From Thermoplasmata archaeon (GTDB lineage: Archaea > Thermoplasmatota > Thermoplasmata > Lutacidiplasmatales > UBA184): DNA of 64,000 bases. The position numbers were made by a program, and so were the translations under genes. The notes beneath the pieces were generated by a model. The model was not told the origin of the DNA. It worked only from the letters and a program-made list of their open reading frames with translations, and ran no database searches. The DNA lies in NCBI GenBank assembly GCA_021801925.1, contig JAKABH010000002.1, positions 4,560 to 68,559 of the forward strand. Reading direction: 5' to 3'. Below are positions 45,816 through 54,908 of this stretch, one piece after another (position 1 is the stretch's first letter; the number at the start of each line of letters is the position of its first letter).

Positions 45816-45939
45816 CGAGCCACCCTCGGGGAGCCCTCCGGCGACCGAGGTGCAGGCGAGCCGGACCGGGCCCTCGCACCGGGCGGCCCTTAAGAGGCAC
45901 CTGCCGGTGGGCCGAGGGGCCCGCGGGGAGGTTCGACCG

Positions 45940-46548
45940 ATGGCGACGGCTGCGATCCTGCTGAGCGGCGGCGCTTCGACCCGATTCGGGGACCGTCCGA
46001 AGGCGCTTCTCTCGACCGGCGAGCGCTCCTCCGTCCGGCGGCTCGCCGAGGTCGCCCTCGCCGCCCGGCTCGACCCGGTCGTCGCGGTCGTCGGGACCCA
46101 TCGCGGCCCGATCGCGCACGAGCTCCGGGGGCTCCCGGTCGAGATCGTCGAGGCGACCGAGTGGTACGAAGGTCGGACGGCGTCGGTCCAGGCCGGCCTC
46201 CGGGCGCTGCCCGCCGACCGGGACGTCCTTCTCTGGCCGGTCGACCATCCGTTCGTCGCCGCGCGGACCGTCGACCGCCTGCTCGCCGTCCGGGACCACG
46301 ACCCCCTCGCGGTCTGGTTCATCCCGACGTTCGAGGGGCGGGGGGGCCACCCGGTCCTCTGGCGGGCGGGGCTCCGCGACGACCTCCTCGAACTGCGGGC
46401 GGACGCCTCCCTCCGCCTCCTGCTCCCCGAGCTCGGCCCCCAGGTGCGCCGCATCGGGGTCGACGATCCCGGCGTCGTCGCGAACGTCGACACCCCGGAC
46501 CAGTATCGCGCCGCCTTCGACCTGTGGCGGCAGCGGTCGGAGGAGTGA
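45940..46548 (+). CDS. mocA: Molybdenum cofactor cytidylyltransferase (MocA-type nucleotidyltransferase)
   Basis: AILLSGGASTRFG..PKALL N-terminal motif, GGAGGT Shine-Dalgarno-like run upstream. ORF 45544 trimmed. Confidence 0.8.
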   Translation: MATAAILLSGGASTRFGDRPKALLSTGERSSVRRLAEVALAARLDPVVAVVGTHRGPIAHELRGLPVEIVEATEWYEGRTASVQAGLRALPADRDVLLWPVDHPFVAARTVDRLLAVRDHDPLAVWFIPTFEGRGGHPVLWRAGLRDDLLELRADASLRLLLPELGPQVRRIGVDDPGVVANVDTPDQYRAAFDLWRQRSEE

Positions 46549-47393
46549 TGGATCGCCGGCTGCTCCGCGAGGCGCTCCGCCTGCTCGATGCCCGCGCGTC
46601 GTTCGTCCGGGCGACCGTCGTGGAGACCCGCGGCTCGGTCCCGGGGAAGCGCGGGGCGTCGATGATCGTGCGCGCCGACGGGTCGACCGTCGGGACCGTC
46701 GGCGGCGCCGCGCTCGAGGAGCGGGTGAAGGAGCTCGCCGCCCGCGCCTTCGAGACCCGGCAGGGGGGGCTCCACCACTTTGACCTCAAGGCCTGGGCGC
46801 CCGGGGGCCTCCCGAGCCTCTGCGGCGGCTCCGCCGAGATCGCCCTCGAGTACGTCCCGAGCCGGCCGAACCTGCTGCTCTGGGGCGGCGGCCACGTCGC
46901 GCAGGCGCTGGCGCATCTCCTCCCGACGCTCGACTACGACTACAGCGTCGCCGACGACCGGCCGGAATGGATCGGGGCGGAGCGGTTCCCCGAGGCGGAG
47001 CGCCGCGAGGTCGTCGACGCGTCCCGCCTCTGGGAGGTCTTCGCGCCGGAGGCGTTCACCCACCTCTACGTGCTCGGCTACGACGCGGGCCGGGACCTCG
47101 AGGTCCTCGCGACGTCGCTCGACCGGTTCCCGAACACGATCGGCCTCATCGCCAGCGCCTCGAAGCGGGCGCACCTCTTCGCCCAGCTGCGCGCCCGGGG
47201 ATTCCCGCGGGAGCGCCTCGCCCGGATCCGCTCTCCCGTCGGGCTCCCGATCGGGTCGGAGACGCCCCCGGAGATCGCCGTCAGCATCGTCGCCGAGATC
47301 GTCCGGGACCGGCACCCCTCGTCCTTACGTACTTCCGCGCCTGCTGGCTCGGCCGCCGAGGATCCCCACGATGCCGTCCCCTCCGCCCGTTAG
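46548..47393 (+). CDS. xdhC: XdhC/CoxI-family Mo-enzyme maturation protein
   Basis: ATG overlaps the mocA stop (TGATG). VVETRGSVPGKRGASMIV (XdhC N-domain) and LLLWGGGHVAQAL Rossmann-like C-domain. Confidence 0.8.
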   Translation: MDRRLLREALRLLDARASFVRATVVETRGSVPGKRGASMIVRADGSTVGTVGGAALEERVKELAARAFETRQGGLHHFDLKAWAPGGLPSLCGGSAEIALEYVPSRPNLLLWGGGHVAQALAHLLPTLDYDYSVADDRPEWIGAERFPEAERREVVDASRLWEVFAPEAFTHLYVLGYDAGRDLEVLATSLDRFPNTIGLIASASKRAHLFAQLRARGFPRERLARIRSPVGLPIGSETPPEIAVSIVAEIVRDRHPSSLRTSAPAGSAAEDPHDAVPSAR

Positions 47394-47844
47394 GTTCCGG
47401 TTGAACGGCCAGCCGACCGAGGTCGCGGTCGAGCCCGCCCGCGTCCTGCTCGACCTGCTGCGGGACGACCTCCGTCTCACCGGGACGAAGCGCGGCTGCG
47501 ACCTCGGTACCTGCGGCTGCTGCACCGTCCTGGTCGACGGACGGCCCAGCTTGAGCTGCCTCACCCTCGCCCGGCTGGTCGACGGCCGGGAGGTGACGAC
47601 GATCGAGGGGGTCTCGCCGCCCCAGGGGCTCTCGCCGCTGCAGCGGGCGTTCGTCGAGGTCGGCGCCACCCAGTGCGGGTTCTGCACGCCGGGATTCGTC
47701 GTGACCGCGACCGCCTTCCTCCGGGACCACCCCCACCCGTCGCGCGAGGAGATCGTCCGGGCGATCTCGGGGAACCTCTGCCGCTGCACGGGCTACCTCA
47801 AGATCATCGAGGCGATCGAGCGCGCCGCGGCGGGAGGCGCCTGA
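47371..47844 (+). CDS. (2Fe-2S)-binding small subunit of a xanthine-dehydrogenase-family enzyme
   Basis: CDLGTCGCCTV and CGFCTPG...CRCTGY cysteine motifs. Confidence 0.9.
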   Translation: MPSPPPVRFRLNGQPTEVAVEPARVLLDLLRDDLRLTGTKRGCDLGTCGCCTVLVDGRPSLSCLTLARLVDGREVTTIEGVSPPQGLSPLQRAFVEVGATQCGFCTPGFVVTATAFLRDHPHPSREEIVRAISGNLCRCTGYLKIIEAIERAAAGGA

Positions 47845-50168
47845 TGGCGACCGGCCCCGCGACCGACTACCGGCTCATCGGCGGGCGGATCCCGTACGTC
47901 GAGGGCCCGCTCAAGGTCACCGGCCGGGCCGAGTACACCGACGACCTCTCCCGCCCGAACCAGCTCGTCGGGCGGCTGCTGCGGAGCCCCTGGCCGCACG
48001 CCCGGCTCCGATCGATCGACGTGCGCGCGGCCCGAGAGCTCCCCGGGGTCTACGCGGTGCTGACCGGCGAGAAGTATCCGACGCCGTTCGGCGTGCTGCC
48101 GATCACGCACGACGAGACCGCGATCGCCGTCGGGAAGGCCCGGTACATCGGCGACATCATCGCGGCGGTCGCGGCGCAGGACGAACGGACCGCCGAGCGG
48201 GCGCTCGCGCTGATCCGCGTCGACATCGAGCCGCTCCCCGACTACGCCGACCCCCGGGACGGGGTCGGGAAGGTCGCGGAACCGATCCACGCCCGGGGAC
48301 TGAACGGCTCCAACATCCAGAAGGAGGTCGTCCAGCATTTCGGGGACGTCGACGCTGCGTTCGCGCGCGCCGCCCACACCGTCCGGGTGAAGGGGACGTT
48401 CGCGGGGGTCACCCACGCCTTCACGGAGCCGATGGCGACGATCGCGGAGGCGACCCCGGACGGCCGCCTGACCGTCTGGAGCGCGACGCAGGTCCCCCAC
48501 TACCTGCACCGGGCGCTCAGCGAGGTGCTGGGGATCCCGATGCACCGGATCCGGGTGATCAAGCCCGAGGTCGGCGGCGGCTTCGGCGGGAAGTCCGATC
48601 CGCTCCCCCACGAGATCGTCTGCGCGGCGCTCGCGATCGAGACCGGCCGTCCCGTCAAGATCCTCTTCGACCGCGAGGACGTCTTCTACACGAACCACGG
48701 CCGCCACCCGACGCAGAACGACATCCGCATCGCGGTCGACGCCGACGGCCGGATCCTCGCCTACGACATCGACGCGACGATCGACGGCGGCGCCTGGAGC
48801 TCCTTCGGCACCGTCACCACGTACTACAACGGCGTCCTCTCGATGGGGCCGTACCGGGTCCCGAACTTCCGCTACCACGGCCGGCGGGTCTACACGACGA
48901 AGCCGCCGAACGGGGCGATGCGCGCCCACGGCGGCACGAACCTCCGGTACTCGGTCGAGGTCGGCCTCGACCGGCTCGCCGAAGCGACGGGGATCGACCC
49001 GTTCGACCTCCGGGACCGCAACGCGCTCCCGCCGAACTCGACGACGGTGAACCAGTTCCGCATCACGTCGACGTCGTTCCGCGCCTGCCTCGCCGCCGCC
49101 CGCGCGCGGAGCGGCTGGGACGAAAAGTTCCGCCGCCTGCCGTACGGGAAGGGGATCGGCCTCGGCTGCGGCTTCTACATCTCCGGCTCGAACAGCCCGA
49201 TCCACTTCACCCCCGTGATGCCGCAGTCGACCGTCCACCTGAAGGTCGACATGGACGGGGGCATCGCGGTCCACTCGATGCAGGCGGACATCGGGCAGGG
49301 GTCGAACACGCTCCTCGCCGTGATCGTTGCCGAGGTGCTGGGGGTCGACCTCGCACGGGTCCACGTCCAGCGGGTCGACTCGGACGTGAGCCCGGTCGAC
49401 CTCGGCTCGTATTCGAGCCGCGTCACCTTCATGATGGGGAACGCCGCCCGGGAGGCGGCCCAGCAGCTGCTGGGCCAGCTCCTGCGGGCCGCGGCGGCGC
49501 TCACCGGTCGGCCGGTCGACGACCTGGCGGTCGGCCGGGAACGGTACTGGAGCCGCACCGACCCGTCCGTCGGCGTCTCGTTCGAGGAGGCGCTCCGCAA
49601 GGCGATGGAGGAGTCCGGCGCCCTCGTCGCGAGCGGCGCCTACCGCTCCCCGAAACTCGGGGGCTCGTTCAAGGGGGCCCGCGCCGGCACCGCGCCCGCC
49701 TACTCGTTCGCGGCGTACGTGGCGGAGGTCGACGTCGACGTGGAGACCGGCGTCTACGGGGTCTCCCGCGTCTGGGCCGCCTTCGACTGCGGCCGGGCGC
49801 TGAACCGCCTCGCCGTCGAGGGCCAGATCGAAGGGTCGATCCACATGGGCCTCGGCCAGGTGATGGGGGAGACGATGAGCTACCGCGGGACCCGGCTCAT
49901 GAACCCGTCGCTGCTCGACTACAAGATCCCGATGCCGCAGCAGATGCCGAAGGTCGAGATCCTGCTCGTTGGCGACGACGACCCCGAGGGGCCGTTCGGG
50001 GCGAAGGAGGCGGGCGAAGGGCCGCTCATCGCCACGCTGCCGGCCGTCGGCAACGCGCTCTACGACGCGATCGGGGTCCGCTTTACCGACCTCCCGATCA
50101 CGCCGGACAAGGTCCTCAAGGGCATCGACCAGCGGACGAAGGAGGGCCGCCCCTGGAAGGGGGCGTAG
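47844..50168 (+). CDS. Molybdopterin-binding large subunit, xanthine dehydrogenase/aldehyde oxidoreductase family
   Basis: ATG overlaps the upstream stop. GGGFGGKS motif, MRAHGG loop (no CODH-type AYxCSFR motif seen), C-terminal GAKEAGEGPL. Confidence 0.92.
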   Translation: MATGPATDYRLIGGRIPYVEGPLKVTGRAEYTDDLSRPNQLVGRLLRSPWPHARLRSIDVRAARELPGVYAVLTGEKYPTPFGVLPITHDETAIAVGKARYIGDIIAAVAAQDERTAERALALIRVDIEPLPDYADPRDGVGKVAEPIHARGLNGSNIQKEVVQHFGDVDAAFARAAHTVRVKGTFAGVTHAFTEPMATIAEATPDGRLTVWSATQVPHYLHRALSEVLGIPMHRIRVIKPEVGGGFGGKSDPLPHEIVCAALAIETGRPVKILFDREDVFYTNHGRHPTQNDIRIAVDADGRILAYDIDATIDGGAWSSFGTVTTYYNGVLSMGPYRVPNFRYHGRRVYTTKPPNGAMRAHGGTNLRYSVEVGLDRLAEATGIDPFDLRDRNALPPNSTTVNQFRITSTSFRACLAAARARSGWDEKFRRLPYGKGIGLGCGFYISGSNSPIHFTPVMPQSTVHLKVDMDGGIAVHSMQADIGQGSNTLLAVIVAEVLGVDLARVHVQRVDSDVSPVDLGSYSSRVTFMMGNAAREAAQQLLGQLLRAAAALTGRPVDDLAVGRERYWSRTDPSVGVSFEEALRKAMEESGALVASGAYRSPKLGGSFKGARAGTAPAYSFAAYVAEVDVDVETGVYGVSRVWAAFDCGRALNRLAVEGQIEGSIHMGLGQVMGETMSYRGTRLMNPSLLDYKIPMPQQMPKVEILLVGDDDPEGPFGAKEAGEGPLIATLPAVGNALYDAIGVRFTDLPITPDKVLKGIDQRTKEGRPWKGA

Positions 50169-50172
50169 GCCG

Positions 50173-51156
50173 ATGCACCTGGACCCGTTCGAGCTCCACC
50201 GGCCGACGTCGGTCGACGAGGTCGTCGGCCTCGCCCGCGACCTCGCGGGCCGCTTCGACTATCTCGCCGGGGGGACCGACCTCCTGCCGAACTACAAGAT
50301 GCACCTGAACCTGCGGCCCCACCTCATCGCCCTCGAGGGCGTACGGGAGCTGCGCGGGCGTTCCCTCGAGCGGATCGGCGCGATGGAGCGGCTCGCCGAC
50401 GTCGAGGCCGAATCCGCCCTGCTCGCCGCCTACCCGCCCCTCGGCGATGCGGTGCGCGAGATCGCGACGCCGCTCGTCCGGGCGAGCGGGACGGTCGGCG
50501 GCAACCTCCTGGTCGAGACCCGCTGCTTCTTCTTCAACCAGAGCCAGTTCTGGCGGCAGAGCCTGGGGTTCTGCCTGAAGGCGGACGGCGACCGCTGCCA
50601 CGTGGTCCCGCAGAAGCAGAAGTGCTACGCCACGTTCTCGGGGGACCTCGCCCCCGCGCTGATGGCCGTCGACGCGGAGGTCGAGGTCGCCGGTGCCGAT
50701 GGGCGCCGCCGGCTCCCGCTCGAGGCGCTCTACGACCCGGAGGGGGACGGGATCCGCCGCCTCCGACTGCGCCCGGGGGAGCTCCTCACCGCCGTCCACC
50801 TCCCGGCCGCCACGCGCGGCGACCCGGGCGCCTACCTCAAGCTGCGGGTCCGGCCGTCGTACGACTTTCCCGAGCTCGGCGTCGCCGCCTCCGGGGCGCT
50901 CGACGGCGGGCGGGTGCGCCGGCTGACGATCGCCGTCGGCGGGGCGGAGATGCGTCCGGTCCGCCACGACTCCCTCACGGCGGCGCTCGTCGGCGAGCGG
51001 CTCTCCGACGACCGGATCCGCGCGCTCGCCGACGCCGTCGAGCGCGCGACCCGCCCCGTCCACAACACCTTCCTCCTCCCCGACTACCGGCGGCGGATGG
51101 TCTCGGTCTTCGTCCGCCGGGCCGTGGAGCGGCTCCGCGAAGGGACGGCGGGATGA
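50173..51156 (+). CDS. FAD-binding medium subunit (CoxM/XdhB-like)
   Basis: FAD_binding_5 pattern YLAGGTDLLP and TVGGNL. Confidence 0.88.
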   Translation: MHLDPFELHRPTSVDEVVGLARDLAGRFDYLAGGTDLLPNYKMHLNLRPHLIALEGVRELRGRSLERIGAMERLADVEAESALLAAYPPLGDAVREIATPLVRASGTVGGNLLVETRCFFFNQSQFWRQSLGFCLKADGDRCHVVPQKQKCYATFSGDLAPALMAVDAEVEVAGADGRRRLPLEALYDPEGDGIRRLRLRPGELLTAVHLPAATRGDPGAYLKLRVRPSYDFPELGVAASGALDGGRVRRLTIAVGGAEMRPVRHDSLTAALVGERLSDDRIRALADAVERATRPVHNTFLLPDYRRRMVSVFVRRAVERLREGTAG

Positions 51157-51650
51157 CGTCCACGATCGTCTTCCGGCTCGTGCCGCTCGACACGCTCCTC
51201 GAGCACGAGGAGATCGACCTAGAGGGGGTCGACGCGCTCGCCGAGCGGATCCGGCGCGACGGCGTCGTCGTCGACCCGATCTGGGTCGCCGCGGGATCGA
51301 ACGTGATCCTGAACGGCCACCATCGCGTCGCCGCGCTCCGGCGGCTCGGCGCGAGGCGGGCCCCCGCGTGGGTCGTCGACTTCCACTCCGACCTCGTCCG
51401 CCTGGAGCGGTGGAACGACGGGCCGCCGATCCCGAAGGCGGAGGTGATCGAGCGCGCGCGTTCGGGCCGCCTCTTCACGCCGAAGACGACCCGCCACGTC
51501 CTCGCCACCGAGCTCCCCGCCCGGCCGACCCCGCTCGCGGAGCTCCTTGACGGGCCGCCGCTGGCGGCCGCCCGCCCCGCCGGTCAGCGCCGCGCGTCCG
51601 GTCGGTCGCGCCGGCCGGACGGACGCGCCCCCGACGCCGACGGCTCGTAG
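51153..51650 (+). CDS. ParB/sulfiredoxin-like N-terminal domain protein
   Basis: ATG overlaps the upstream stop (ATGA). LNGHHRVAALRRLG resembles the ParB/Srx-fold GxxR core. The tail is low complexity. Confidence 0.6.
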   Translation: MTSTIVFRLVPLDTLLEHEEIDLEGVDALAERIRRDGVVVDPIWVAAGSNVILNGHHRVAALRRLGARRAPAWVVDFHSDLVRLERWNDGPPIPKAEVIERARSGRLFTPKTTRHVLATELPARPTPLAELLDGPPLAAARPAGQRRASGRSRRPDGRAPDADGS

Positions 51651-52249
51651 GGGAGGGGGAGGCTCCCCTCCGCGAACCGCCGGACGGTTTCCGCCAACAG
51701 TTCGACCTCGACCGGGCGCTGCCGCGCCCGGAGGCTCTCCACGGTGTCGTCCGGCGCGACCGGCACCCGCTCCTGGGCGATCGGAACCCCGCCGTCCACC
51801 TCCGCGCTCACGAGGTGCACGGTCGCCCCGGTCGTCCCCTCGTGCGCCGCCAGCACCGCCTCGTAGACCCTCCGGCCGTACATCCCGGGCCCCCCGTGGC
51901 GGGGGAGCAGCGACGGGTGGAGGTTGACGGCCCGGCCGCGCCAGCGCGCGACCCATTCGGGCGGAAGGATCGAGAGGAACCCGGCGAGGACGACGAGCTC
52001 CGTCCCGTGCGCTTCGAGCGCCTCCGACAGCGCCGCCGCCCAGCGGGCCGGATCGACCCCGCGGGACGGCAGGAGGAGGGTCGGAAGGTCCCGCCGGCGG
52101 GCCCGTTCGATCGCCGGCGCGCCCGGCCGGTCGGCGACGACGAGCACGATCCGCACCGGCAGGCCGCCGCCGGTCGCCCGCTCGGCCAGGCCGTCGAGGG
52201 TCGTCCCCTCGCCCGAGACCAGGACGGCGATCGGGAGGGGCCGGCTCAC
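51584..52249 (-). CDS. purN: Phosphoribosylglycinamide formyltransferase
   Basis: IAVLVSGEGT, NLHPSLLP, and the H...D catalytic pattern (ATVHLVSAEVDGG). Confidence 0.9.
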   Translation of the reverse strand: MSRPLPIAVLVSGEGTTLDGLAERATGGGLPVRIVLVVADRPGAPAIERARRRDLPTLLLPSRGVDPARWAAALSEALEAHGTELVVLAGFLSILPPEWVARWRGRAVNLHPSLLPRHGGPGMYGRRVYEAVLAAHEGTTGATVHLVSAEVDGGVPIAQERVPVAPDDTVESLRARQRPVEVELLAETVRRFAEGSLPLPYEPSASGARPSGRRDRPDARR

Positions 52250-52372
52250 GGCCGGGCGAGCGGCGCGGAGGATTTAGCGCGGAGGCGTACCCCGATCGGA
52301 GGACGGGCCGACCGGCCGGGGCGCGCCCGGTACGGGGCGTGGGGGGGCCGCCGGCGGCCGAGCCCCGCTCGC

Positions 52373-53341
52373 TCAGAGCATGACGCGCAGGTTGAGCTTC
52401 TCGGTGAGCTCCTTGTAGCGGTTGCGGATCGTCACTTCGGTGACCCCCGCGACCTCGGCGACCTCGCGCTGGGTCCGCCGTTCGCCGCACTGGACGCTCG
52501 AGATGTAGATCGCCGCCGCCGCGACCCCCGTCGGCCCGCGGCCGCTCGTCAGCTCGCGGTCGGTCGCCTGCTTCAGGATGTCGTTCGCCCGCGACTGGAT
52601 CTCGCCCTTCAGCTTGAGCTCGGAGCAGAACCGCTGGATGTAGTCCTGGGGCCGCGTCGGCATCAGCCGAAGGTGGAGCTCCCGGGTCATGAACCGGTAC
52701 GTGCGGCCGATCTCCTTCCGGCCGATGCGGGACTTGGAGGCGATCTCGTCGAGCGTGCGCGGGACGTTGCACTGCCGGCAGCTCCCGTAGAGCGACGCCG
52801 CGACGACCCCTTCGATCGACCGGCCCCGGATCAGGTTCTTCGTGACGGCCTTACGATAGATCATCGCCGCCGTCTCGCGGACGTTGCGCGGGAGCGCCAT
52901 GCCCGAGGCGATCCGGTCGAGCTCCGCCAGCGCGAAGGCGAGGTTCCGCTCCGTCGCGTTGGAGACCCGGATCCGCCGCTGCCATTTCCGCAGGCGGTAG
53001 AGCTGGGCCCGGTTGCGCGTCGGGATCGACTTTCCGTACGGGTCGCGGTTCTTCCACCCGATCTCGGTCGAGAGTCCCTTGTCGTGGATCGTGAGGGTCG
53101 ACGGCGCGCCGGTCCGGGCCCGCTTCTCCCCCTGCTCGGCGTCGAACGCCCGCCAGTCGGGGCCTTGGTCGATCATCGCCTCCTCGAGGACGAGCCCGCA
53201 CTCGTCGCAGACGAGCTCGCCGCGCTCGTAGTCGCGCGTCAGGTGGTTGGATCCGCAGCTCGTGCAGCGGGTCGGGACGACCAGGTCGCCCGGCCGCGCG
53301 GTCGGCTTTTCGCCCGTCGTCGGCGCCTCGGGTTCCGTCAC
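52373..53341 (-). CDS. tfb: Transcription initiation factor IIB (TFB)
   Basis: N-terminal Zn ribbon CTSCGS...CDECG and two cyclin-fold repeats ([28 protein letters not shown] / [13 protein letters not shown]). Confidence 0.95.
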   Translation of the reverse strand: MTEPEAPTTGEKPTARPGDLVVPTRCTSCGSNHLTRDYERGELVCDECGLVLEEAMIDQGPDWRAFDAEQGEKRARTGAPSTLTIHDKGLSTEIGWKNRDPYGKSIPTRNRAQLYRLRKWQRRIRVSNATERNLAFALAELDRIASGMALPRNVRETAAMIYRKAVTKNLIRGRSIEGVVAASLYGSCRQCNVPRTLDEIASKSRIGRKEIGRTYRFMTRELHLRLMPTRPQDYIQRFCSELKLKGEIQSRANDILKQATDRELTSGRGPTGVAAAAIYISSVQCGERRTQREVAEVAGVTEVTIRNRYKELTEKLNLRVML

Positions 53342-53598
53342 GGTTCGTTCCCCCGGTCGATCCCCACGGTCGCGCCGACCAGCCGCACGGCCTCCGCGGG
53401 CGAGATCGGGCGTCGGGGCCGGACGCTGAGGTAGGGCTGGGCGACCGGACCGAAGAGCCGGACCACTACCCCGCGCAGGTGCGTGCGCGGCTCCCGCACG
53501 GGCGTACCTTCCGGGGGGACCTCCGCCCCCGCGGCGCGTACGGTGAGCGACCCGGCGGGCGTGACGGCGAGAATCGTCCCGACCGCCGGCGGTGCCAC
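53338..53598 (-). CDS. gar1: H/ACA RNP component Gar1
   Basis: The pattern [17 protein letters not shown] is the Gar1 core. Gene overlaps the tfb start, which is the conserved gar1-tfb pair. I prefer GTG 53598 (28 nt after a TATA box) over TTG 53619. Confidence 0.8.
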   Translation of the reverse strand: MAPPAVGTILAVTPAGSLTVRAAGAEVPPEGTPVREPRTHLRGVVVRLFGPVAQPYLSVRPRRPISPAEAVRLVGATVGIDRGNEP

Positions 53599-53623
53599 CC
53601 TCGCGAGCCCCCGCGACAAGTGG

Positions 53624-53629
53624 TATAAA
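53624..53629 (-). promoter_or_regulatory. TATA box (TTTATA on the minus strand) upstream of gar1-tfb
   Basis: Consensus archaeal TATA hexamer, about 28 nt upstream of GTG 53598. Confidence 0.5.
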
Positions 53630-53653
53630 GCACTTGCGATGGCTACTTAAGCC

Positions 53654-54904
53654 TTACGGGGGCAGCCTCGGCCGGAGTCGCGGGCGCGTGGCGGGGGCCG
53701 GGACGGACGGGCCGACGGCCGGCGGCATCTCGGGCAGCACGTAGGGCGGCAGGTAGCCCCGGCGCCGTCGCGGGGTGTCGTCCTCCGTCGGCTCGCCGTC
53801 CGATTCGGCGGGTTCCGGCTCCGCGGGCGACGGGACCTCCGGGGCGGTTCCTTCCTCCTCGGCCGGGGTGTCGGTCTCCTCCCCCTCCACGGGGCTCCCC
53901 TCGGCCGGGGACGGCGCCTCCATACCGGCGGCCGGCCCTTCGGCGCCCTTGGGGTGGGCCGGTTCGCCCGGCGGACCCGCCGGCCCGCCGAGGGCTCCGG
54001 CGGGGATCACCTCGTTGGGCCTCCGTTCGTCCCGCGCGGGGGCGGCGACCGGAGGGGCCTCGGCGGCGCGCCGCCGCTCGCGGGTGATCCGGTCGACCTC
54101 GAGCCAGAGCGCCTCGATCTCCTCCTCGGGGGTCCCGAAGCGTCGGTCCTCCGCCAGCGCCTGACGGACCTGGGACATCAGCCGGGCGGCGCTGTGGGCG
54201 TCGTGCGCCTTGGTCTTGATCCGCTGGAGCCTCCGGGCGAGGTTCCGGGCCTCGAGGAGGATCTCCTCCTCCTCCTCGCCGGAGATCGGCGCCATCGGGG
54301 GGGCCCGGGGGATCCGGGCGACCGCCCGTCGCACCTCGACCAGCCGCTGGGCGGCCGTGGGCAGGTGCTCGTCCTGGAGCGCCTGCAGGAGGCGCGAGAA
54401 CGCCGCCGCCACCTCCCGGACCTCCTCGCCGCGGTCGCGGGCGGCGCGGATCGACGCCCCGAGCTTCTGCGCCTCCTGGACGCAGAACTTCGGCACGGCG
54501 TCGTTCAGGACGGCGAGCGCCAGCGAGGCGCTGGCGGCGGCCTTCTCGAGCGCCCCCGCGCTCAGCGGCTCGGCGAGGAGCCGCGTGCGGGGGTTGCCGA
54601 CCCGGGCGTCGAGGATGCTCAGGTCGACCCCGATCGTCGCGGAGATCGACCGCAGCTCGTCGGCCCGCTTCAGCAGCTCCTTCACCCACGTCCAGTCCCG
54701 GGTGACGCGCTCCATCAGCGCTTCGCCGCGCTTCAGCACCTGGGCGGCGTTCTCCGGCTGGTTCGATCGGATCGCCTGGGCGACCGCGCCGCGGATCTGC
54801 TCGATCGGGAACCCGGGCAGCCCGTCGACCTCGAGGGTCCGGGCGCGCTGGATCAGCACCTCCAGGCGCAGGCGGTTGTCGCTTCCCTTCGGTGGTGCCG
54901 GCAC
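53654..54904 (-). CDS. Helical protein with acidic Pro-rich C-terminal tail (function unknown)
   Basis: 416 aa with a long helical N-terminal ~270 aa. Tail EGEETDTPAEEEGTAPEVPSPAEPEPAESDGEPTEDDTPRRRRGY. Starts 4 nt after the upstream gene. Confidence 0.65.
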   Translation of the reverse strand: MPAPPKGSDNRLRLEVLIQRARTLEVDGLPGFPIEQIRGAVAQAIRSNQPENAAQVLKRGEALMERVTRDWTWVKELLKRADELRSISATIGVDLSILDARVGNPRTRLLAEPLSAGALEKAAASASLALAVLNDAVPKFCVQEAQKLGASIRAARDRGEEVREVAAAFSRLLQALQDEHLPTAAQRLVEVRRAVARIPRAPPMAPISGEEEEEILLEARNLARRLQRIKTKAHDAHSAARLMSQVRQALAEDRRFGTPEEEIEALWLEVDRITRERRRAAEAPPVAAPARDERRPNEVIPAGALGGPAGPPGEPAHPKGAEGPAAGMEAPSPAEGSPVEGEETDTPAEEEGTAPEVPSPAEPEPAESDGEPTEDDTPRRRRGYLPPYVLPEMPPAVGPSVPAPATRPRLRPRLPP

Positions 54905-54908
54905 GATC

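Noticed and set aside
45783-47315. Upstream ~510 aa of the 662-aa minus-strand ORF 45327..47315
   Set aside because: Only the last 151 codons match S19e. The rest is antisense to mocA and xdhC. A TATA-like box sits 30 nt upstream of ATG 45782.
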